From positions 45,818,001-45,882,000 of the forward strand of contig NC_091995.1 in assembly GCF_044704955.1 (NCBI RefSeq): DNA of 64,000 bases, given 5' to 3'. Under the pieces are notes generated by a model. That model did not search any database. It had not been told where the DNA came from and was given only the letters and a program-made list of their open reading frames with translations. Positions within the stretch are counted from its first letter, which is position 1. Each line of letters opens with the position of its first letter. The position numbers and the translations under genes were made by a program. This stretch comes from Pristiophorus japonicus (lineage: Eukaryota). Below are positions 13,391-23,200 of this stretch, in pieces.

Positions 13391-14199
13391 TTAATCTTGG
13401 TGATAGTGGAGGTAAATTGCTTAACATATTGGTATAACATTACTTTGCCTGTTATTTTAATGGTGCAGCCTATTTACAAGTGGGATATGACCTGTGTTAA
13501 AGCAATGGACAATAACATGTCACACTAATATTGTCAACGGTAATTTCAGGCAGAAAATATACAACGGTACAGCAAGTAATGAGAGGCAATGAACAAATGT
13601 TTTTATAGTTTAGTCTGAAAATCCTCTTTTCATTCTTTTATCGGTGCCTCAACCTATTCATAGCAGATAGATTTACAGCTTCACTTAAAGTGAGGACGGT
13701 TACATTTTCAGATTGTGCAGCTTGTAAACTTTAGATCACCCAGCAAAAATAATGAAAGTCAGCCTATGAGCAGCCTTTCATTGACCTTAACAAGGCGAGG
13801 TAGTGTTGGCCAGTGAGGTTTGCATCTGTTCTGTTGGGGTACAAACACGGGATAGGAGATTGTTGACGATTTTAACAGCCAGCTCGATAACCGCTACCCA
13901 TAAGGTTCAGTGGGAAATATCCTCGCTGGTGTTTTCAATTTGTTTCACAAATTTACTCCAGGTTCAAGTCTTTGCCGTTGACCAGTGTGTTCTTTTCTAA
14001 TCCAGTTCTGCCCACAGTTCGTAAAGCTGGGAAGAGGACCGTAGATTTCTTCCCGAGTGCCGGGAGGTGATTTTGTTTCCCATTGGATTGAATGAGTTTC
14101 ACGGAACGAGATAAACAGAATAATGTGGGAGGGGATCGGAAATCTACAAAACCTTCCGGTCTCGCTGCGCAGGGTTTTACCTGAGCGACTCTCTGAAAC

Positions 14200-14251
14200 A
14201 TGTTCCGCTTTGTTTTGCTGAGCCTTTGCTATTTTCAAAGGGCGGTTCCTG
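14200..14251 (+). CDS. MHC class I exon 1 (signal peptide)
   Basis: ATG...MFRFVLLSLCYFQRAVP then G|GTAAGT consensus donor, phase 1, in frame with exon 2. Confidence 0.8.
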
Positions 14252-17200
14252 GTAAGTCAAACCATGGGACTTGTGCGGCTATATTCTTTATTGCACGACA
14301 TGACCGCCAGCATGAACAACATACTGGACCCGTGTATAATCTGAGTTAGTTACACTGACTTACTCCGTGTTTAGTCCGGTTTACACTGACTGTCCCATGT
14401 TTCGTCCGGGATACACTGACTTACAGCGTGTTCAGCCCGGGTTACATCGACTGTCCTGTGTTTAGTCTGGGTTACACTGACTGCCCTGTGTTTAGTCGCA
14501 GTTACACTGACTGTGCCGTGTTTAGTCTGGGTTACACTGACTGCCACGGGTTTCGTCCGGGATACAGTGACTGCCCTGTGTTTAGTCAGGGTTACACTGA
14601 GTTTCCCGTGTTTAATCCTGGTTACAATGATGGCCCTCGTGTTTACTCCGCGTTACACCGATTGCCCAATGTTTACTTCGGGTTACAACGACTGCTCCGT
14701 GTTTAGTCCGGGTAAACTGACTGCCCTGTGTTTAATCTGGGATATACTGACTGCCCTGTGTTTAGTCCGGGTTACATCGACTGTCCTGTGTTTGGTCCGG
14801 GATACACCGACTGCCCCATGTTTAGTCCGGGATGCACCGAGTGCCCCGTGTTTCGTCCAGAATAAACTGAGTGCCCCGTGTTTAGTCCGGGATAGAGCAA
14901 CTGTCCTGTGTTTAGACCTGTTACACCGACTGCTCCGTGTTTAGTCCGGCATACACCGATTGCCCAGTGTTTAGTCCGGGATACACCGACTGCCCCGTGT
15001 TTAGTCCAGGTTACGCCGACTGCCTTGGACCTTGTGGATGCCCTACGGGAGCTCCTGTGCTGATTGAATCTCTGAGGGGATGATATGGGCTTGTGTGGTG
15101 CTGTACACTGAAGAAAGTTGCCGGCAGACTGATTGCAGGAATGGAGTGATGTCCATCAATTGTAGATGGGGATTTGTGCTTGAATCAGGCTGACGCGTTG
15201 CCAAGTTTGGTTGGCCTCATTTCTGGATGTTTCAGCACATGACCTCCAGTCGAATCACACCGCCTTTATTCCCCATCTTCAATACTTTTATAATTGCGAC
15301 TTTTTCCAATGTTATATTTCTCCCAAGTTTCTTGCAGCGGTATCCAGGCGATTAATCTTTAATTCCTGGACATTGCAGGATAGTTGGAAAATCTAAATTC
15401 CACCAGTCCGAGAGATAAAGTTGGTGGGATCTTGATAATGTCGTGTGACTCACACTTTGCCGATATTCATTTTGACCCCGTCTATTTCTGGCAGCAGCTC
15501 TGGCCACCTAAATGATGGACTGTCTGAAAATCAGAATGTGTGGAAAATGACCCAGTGTTCAGTAGTTCGGTGTCCTTGTTACTGCTCCATTGTTGGTCAG
15601 CAACACGGCAGCAGCAACTAGCAAGGATTTGCATTGGGTTTAGAGAGAGGGCCGTCATAACTGGGCAGCAGAAGAGAAACATTCCCTGACTGTATTCGGG
15701 GCAAGGAGCCTCATTCGCTGGGAGTGATGTTCTGTTGTGCGTGAGGATCTGAGCTGCCAGGACATACTCTTGACAATGGCCTGGAAGTGCACCGACGTTT
15801 TGTCTCCCTGGTCTGAACACGCTTGTTAGGAGCATGCTGTCCCACATAGAAAGTTAAGGCCATATTCATTGAAGGATACATTTATGTCCAGATTTTCATT
15901 CCAACAGATCCAGTTGTTCTAATTTAGGGTTTGTGCACCAATCGGGTAATGGGGCTAACGACCGTCCTCGCTCAAAAAATCCAAACTAGACCAACAAAGA
16001 AATAAATGTAGAGTTAAATTAGTCTCCTGGTGTCACATGCCAGATTGGCAGGGTCTGTAGGCCCATGTGGATCACATTTTGCAACACTTGAATTTTCTGG
16101 TGGCAGAAAGCGTGTCTTTAAACCTTGTAATCCTAACAGAACTAGATCATCATCTCATGCACTCTCTCGTGGTTCTACACACACAGAAAGAGGATATTGA
16201 CATGACAGATGAGTTACCAGCCGCCACTCGAGTGTTCTCCCAGCTGTAGGGACAGGAGATGGGCAGTATGCCAGGAAGCGTTTCCCGGATCACGCCCTTT
16301 GGCTCCCTATTTAAACCTATTTTCTTTTCTACATCCACCCATGTCTGATCGGGTATTTCATGCCCCAGCAATCCTCGACTGTATAATTAATCTATGGGGA
16401 GAAATGAACGTTGGTGAACTGCAAAACGCGTGCAAGTGGTTCAGTTGGTCGTCAAACAACCCATCTGATTTTCCTCCTCATTGAAAATCATGCGTTGCAT
16501 TTACCGCCCAATTCACACTCTGGCTTCAATTGAATTCCACTCCAACCTCTGACCTCTGCGCTCAACAGATGAATCACAAGGGGCTGATTTACTGTCAGCG
16601 TCGGGTAGAAAACTGCGGTAATGGGTCTACATTTCTAATAGTTGGTCTTCCAATGAGGGGGATTTTTAAAATTCTGTTCCAGTGTTTCATTCTCTGCTAT
16701 ACTACTACACCCTGAGCCATGGGAGTGCTGATCTGCCGGAGTATAGTTTCCTGGGACGTTTGGACGGCTCTGAGACAACCTATTACGACAATAATATGAA
16801 CATAACTGTTCCAAGACAGCACTGGATGGCGAAAGCATTTAACAAGCGATACTGGGAAGAATTCACAATCACTCAAGCGGGTTTCCACGGTATCATCAAG
16901 GGACAGTTTGATAGATGGCTACAGCAGGGCAACCAAACATCAAGTGAGTGGATTCATTTGAATGAATGCAGTAAACTGTGGGGTCATTTAAACTTGAGGG
17001 ATTCCTACCATCAGCGATATCGAACGGATAGCCCATTATACACGCCGCCTGATTTTCCATTCCATTATACCTTCAATAGAAAGGAACATCAAGCGAGGTG
17101 TGCAATGGGGAACTAATTGGATATGGCCCACTTTGTACGATGTCTGGAAGGTGCCATTAACTCCAATTAATTATATTTTTAATACTGATGGTGAAATTCA

Positions 17201-20200
17201 ATGTCGGCGGGTATAAAATGGGCAGTAGCAGCGAGTCCGCCCTTTAAACATGCTGTCTGATTGTCCTTTCCATTCAGTTGAAAGTAAAATGGGCCGAGCT
17301 ATATAACAGGCGGCTTTCCGCTACCACCCGTTTCGCAAGCCTGCTGAAGTAAAATTTAATTCCCAGGAGAAATGTTAAATATTATCACAGGCGAAATATG
17401 GACGCCTGTGAATCAGCGACCGTTTTACATCTGGATCGATTTTCTGAAATTCGGGCATTGTATAAAGTGGGCGGCGGATTCACTATTGGCCATATTCATC
17501 TGTTGATAAAAGATTTTAAAAATCCACCGCCCACCAGTGATTATTGAATGATATTGGTATTATTACATTCAATTAATTGTGTTGATAATATTCGATTTAT
17601 TGAATGATTTTGCTGGTAATTTTACACGTAACACATCATATCCTTGTTGCGGTAATTTTTAACTCTTCAGGCAAAAATGTAAAGTTGTCAATATCAGACC
17701 TGCCTCCCGTTCTACACCTTGCTCAGATTCCATTTCCATTGGGTGAGGTACATAACAGGCCTGCTTTAAATTGTGACCAAAATTTAAAATTCCCCACCGA
17801 TTCATGGTAATATTACCTTTCATGAAATATATCAGTAATAGATTTACTGAATGACGTTGGAAATATCACATTTTTGAATCATATCGGCAAAATTGTGTTT
17901 ATTGAATTATAGCATCAATATTCATATTATTGCACTTGTTGAATGGAATTGGTGAGCACCTATATAATATGTATGTATATATTTTGTGGTTCCAATGCCG
18001 TCTTACATCTAGGAGGTGGTTCATCAGAAAGGCGCACTGCACTGCCCGGAGTTTTCCATCCATGGACTATTTTGTTTTATCTTTGCACAATAGTTTAAAA
18101 TGAGTGATATCAAACTGACTGCCCAGTTTTCTCCCTGCCTGATTTTCCATTCCATTGACCTCAGTGGACATGAAAATCTGGCTGGTGCAAAATGGGCGGA
18201 CGATCCAATATTGCCCATTTTACACATTCACCCAAAGTCAAAATTACCCCCATGGAGTCAATTCCACTGTAATAAGGTTGGAGGACAGGGACTGTTACCT
18301 ATGCTGTTAAAACATAATTCAGTCCTAAATTTAAATGTCATACATTCTGGCCTGTATCCTGGGCTAATATTCGTGCATGTTATCTGTAGTTCAGTAGAAA
18401 ACTTAACAGAAAATTGTGATGGTGAGAAGTTGAGTTGGTTTATATTGGGGATTTTCCAGAAGTATAGGTTGAAAAGTTGGACAATATTACACCGAGGCAT
18501 TACAGCGGCACCATCGGAAGGCGTGTAAAATTACAGCCTGCTCATTTTACAGCAGCAACTCTCATATTAAGGGCCCAAGTTTCCACAGGATAAAAAACGG
18601 GCACCCCTCCGAGCTGGGCGCCCGTTTTTCGCACCTAAAACGGCGCCAGAAAAAAAACACGCTATTCTCGAGCGCTTTGTAGCTCCTTGTCTGTTTGGCG
18701 CAGCGCCCAGGGTGGCGGAGCCTACACTCGCGCCGATTTTGTAAGTGGGCGGGGGCGGGTACTATTTAAATTCGTTTTTTTCCTGCCGGCAATGCTGCGC
18801 GTGCGCGTTGGAGCGTTCGCGCATGCTCAATGTGAAAAAAAACATTGGTACTCGGCCATTTTTGTAGTTCTTTGCAGCTGTTTAATTTTTGAACATTTTT
18901 TAATAAAATCACATTGCCATCAGCACATCAACACTGAGGCTATACTTCTCACTGTCTCCTTCCCCACCCTTCCCTCCGCGGCAACAAACGGCTGTCTCCT
19001 TCCCCTCCCTCCCCTCCACAACAACAACCCACTGTCTCCTTCCCCTCCCTCCCCTCCGCGGCAACAAACCGCTGTCTCCTTCCCCTCCCTCCCCTCCACA
19101 ACAACAAACCGCTTTCTCCTCCCCCCCCACTCCTGCTCAGCGGCACAAACGGCTTTCTTCCGCCCCCACTCCCTCCCGCTCAGCGGCACGAACGGTTTTC
19201 TCCCTCCCCCCACCCCCGCTCAGCGGCAACGAACGGCTGCAGAATTCTCCCTGGCTGAAGCACTTTCACACAGGTAGGAAGATGGTTTATTTATAAATGT
19301 TTATTCAGGTTGGATTTATTTGTATAATATTTGTAGAAATATAAATAAGGATTTATTGTAGAATTAAATGAGTTCCCTCCCCCCCCCTCCCCCCCCGCAC
19401 CTCGTTCTGGACGCCTAATTTGTATCCTGCGCCTGATTTTTTAATGTGTAGAACAGGTTTTTTCAGTTCTACAAAAATCTTCACTGGCTCCATTCTACTT
19501 TAGTTTGGAGTACGTTTTCACTGTGGAAACTTTCAAATCAGGCGTCAGTGGCCGGACACGTCCCCTTTTGAAGAAAAAATTCTGTTCCAAAGTACAACTG
19601 TTCTACCTGACGAGAACTGCAGAAAAAAAAATGTGGAGAATTGCGATTTCTAAGATAGTCCGTTCTCCACCAGTTGCTCCTAAAAATCAGGCGCAAATCA
19701 CGTGGAAATTTGGGCCCATTATGTTGGCATATGAAATCATAAAATGAGACCGCATGGAAAGAGGCCATTCGGTCCAGCGTAGAACGGTCACCGATTACAC
19801 CCTTTCCCAATTCTCCCTTCCTTTGGGGCCATAGTGAATTGGCTGCCAATGTTACATCTTTGAAGTTAACAGAGAAATAAATGGGTCAAGTGCAGACTGG
19901 GCTACTGATCCACTCTGAGCCCATTTCTCAATTCTGACAAAGACAATTTTTACCCCATCAGGGCATTGAATATAGCATCAGGGACTTGATGCTGACTTAC
20001 ACAAAACACTGTTAAGACATTGTTAGCGTGTTAATGCAGTTCTGAGCACCTATATTGACACCAGGAAAAGTGTTTCACTAGAATGAGTGACTGTAGTTAT
20101 GAAAAATAAATTGAAAAGTGGGGCATTTTCACAGAAATAGACAAGGTTTGCGGAGGATGTGAGAGGTTTTCAAAGTTTTGTTGTTTTTTCAGAGAGTAAA

Positions 20201-23200
20201 CAATGAATAATTGTTCCCCTGCCTGAGCTAACAGAGAAGGTTAATGAGGCTAATGAGGTACTATACATTAATTTACAAAAGGACTTCGACAAAATTATAG
20301 CCCATGGAATGAAAGGGATAGTGGCAGCATGGACACAAAATTGGCTAGCGATCGGAAATGGACCACTGCTTTTCTTTAGATATATTCATGGCTTGGATGT
20401 GGGTGTAAAAGGCACAAATTCAATTTTTTCAGATGACACAAATGTTGGAAGTATAGAGAACCATGAGGAGGCGAGTGATGAATTCAGCAAGACATAGACA
20501 GGCGGATGAAATGAACAGACACGTGGCAGATCAAATTTAACGCAGTAAATTGTGAAGTGATGCATTTTGATAGAAATAATGAGGAGAGGACATATAAAGT
20601 AAATGGTACAATCATAAAGGGGGTGCCCGATCAGAGAGACATGGGTGTATATGTGCAAAAATCGTTTAAGATGGCAGGGCAGGTTGAGACAGCAGTTAAA
20701 CAGGCTTACGTGATCCTGGGCTTCATAAATTGAGGTATAGAGTACAAAAGTGTGGACATTATGACGATGCTGTCTAAAACACTGGTTCGGCCTCAACTGG
20801 AGTACTGTGCCCAATTCTGGGCACACACTTTAGGAAGGAACTGAAGGCCTTAGAGAAGGTATAGAAAAGATTTATGAGAATGATACCAGTAATGAAGGAC
20901 TTTAGTTACGTTGATAGACGGGAGAAGCTGGGTTGTTCTCCTTGGAGAAGAGAAGATTGAGAGGAGATTTGATAGAGGTGTTCAAAATCATGATGGGTTT
21001 GGACAGAGTAGATAGAGAGAAACTGTTTCCATTGCAGACGGGTCGAGAACCAGAGGACACAGATTTAAGGTGATTGGCAAAATAACCTGAGACAACGTAA
21101 CTAAATATTGTTTTACACAGCGAGTGTTCAACGTCTGGAATACACTGCCTGAAGAGGTGGTGGAGGCAGACTCTAAAAGGGAATTAGATAAGTATCCGAA
21201 AGAAAAGAAAATCAGGGCTATCGAAAAGGCCAGGGTAGTGGGACTAGCTGAGAGCCGGCACGGCTCGACAGTCCGAATGACCTTCTTCCGTATTCTAACC
21301 ATTATATGATTCTATGATTCATAGCGAATTGTTAATAAGAGGCACACCGTCACTAGAACAACGATGGTAGAAATTAGGATTTTTCCCGTTAGAATATGCA
21401 ATGTTACTGAGGCAGTTACCACAACATAACTTAAAAGGGAACTTGATAAATATATGAAAATGAAGATGCTAGAAAAAAATGAACATCGGCAGGGAAATAG
21501 AACTAAAGCAGAAAGCCCCTGTCTAAATTTGGCGCCAAATGTTCTCTTTCTGTGCTGTAAATTCTATATCTCTGTGTAACGATGCTTGTTTCAAATACTA
21601 AATTCCATTTCTACCCTAAGTAATGGAGAGACTGACTAGATGTGCAGTGACTAGAAGATAGCTGACATTCTCAGACGGTGTGAAAAAAGCGATAATTATG
21701 TAGCTATTGATCGGTTGAATAACTGTTCTAGGTACTCACTACATTCAAGGACTGTTTGGCTGTGAGCTGCATGATGCCAATCCTATTGGAGGGGTTCTGA
21801 AATTGGCTTATGATGGAAGATATGCACTTTGTTTTGATAAAGACACATTGGTTTGGACTGTACATGATCCAATAGCTCAGATGTCCAAAGCGAAATGGGA
21901 TAAGGAAACAAAGTTGAACCGTTACTTCAAGAGCTTGATAGAAAAGGACTGCGTGAATTTATGGAGGACATACTATTCAATTGGAAATGTATCACTAACC
22001 AGAAAAGGTAAGTTCAGAACAACCTGGGGATAGTGTACAATGGGCGATATTGGACCATCTTCCATTACACACCTCGCCCCATTCTCCTTTAACAGGCAGC
22101 CGATGCAATATCGCCAATTTTGGACTAGCGGCATAAGTTCAAGTGATCCCCCTGATTTTATTTTGAAATGTGCACCTTATATTGAAGTTGAAAATAATTG
22201 TCATTCTATCACGTAGTTTCCCTGAGGTCTCAGTTATTGCCAGGGCTGGTGATCGTTGGTTTCTCCACTGCATTGTGATTGGATTTTACCCGCAGTCCAT
22301 CAATGTGACCTGGTTGAAGAATGGGGAACATGTCCCTGAGACCAAATCTACTGGAGTATTACCCAATGAAGATGGGACGTATCAACTAACGACAAGCCTT
22401 GAATTTGATCCGTATGATGGGAAACAATACTTCTGTCATATTGAACACAGCAGCTTGTCAGGTGGGAAGACTGTCCCCTGGGGTAAGGACATGAGCAGCA
22501 ACACTGAACAATCCATCAATAATCACAAACATCCCATACAGGGAGAGAGCAGGGATCAATGAAATTAATGATTGAATCAAATTGGCCATTGCCTCCCAGC
22601 CTTTCTACTCTACTCTACAAATGAACAGGATATTCTGTTTCCCAGTGATTTGTATGTGTTATTATCTGGTCTGTTGTGCTGTTTCTTATGGACACGACCA
22701 GGAACATTAAAATCTGTCACTCCTATAACTGTCATTTCTTGTCCGTCACTTTTCTCTGCATTGTTCTTTCTGTCAGTTTATTTACACGTAAAACCACGCT
22801 TTTGTTATCTCTGTTCTTCAGGCTGCCTGTGAGTGTTTCTCATTCTTTCTGTCACTTTTCGGAACTTTATTTTATCTTCTGACTCTTCCATAATCTTTAC
22901 CCACCCCTCCTTGTGTGCGCCCCCACACTTGCTTTCTCTATATATATCTTTGTCATTGATTCTTACTGTCTATCTCCTCTTTATACACCTCCCCAGCCTC
23001 CCCCCTCCCCCCCGCACCCCGCCGGCTCCCCCAACCACACACACACACGATCTCAGAGTTCGATAGGAAACGATTCCGTATTCACAGTCTATCTGGGTTC
23101 GAGAATGGATTAATCTGCATTCATCATCCACGCTCCAACAGCAGACTCTTCATTTGTCTGAGTTGTTGTTGCTTCATTGTTTGTTTCTGCTTTCTCATTG

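Noticed and set aside
13900-14199. Canonical class I promoter module (kappaB, ISRE, SXY)
   Set aside because: Only an inverted CCAAT near 14083 and imperfect kappaB/ISRE-like strings are visible; too weak to call.
14329-15024. CRISPR-like array of about 30-bp repeats
   Set aside because: Units are contiguous with no unique spacers, there are no cas genes, and the context is a vertebrate intron.
509-15024. Common origin of the 60-bp and 30-bp minisatellites (shared GTTACA/GGACT words)
   Set aside because: The similarity is limited to short words and could be chance.
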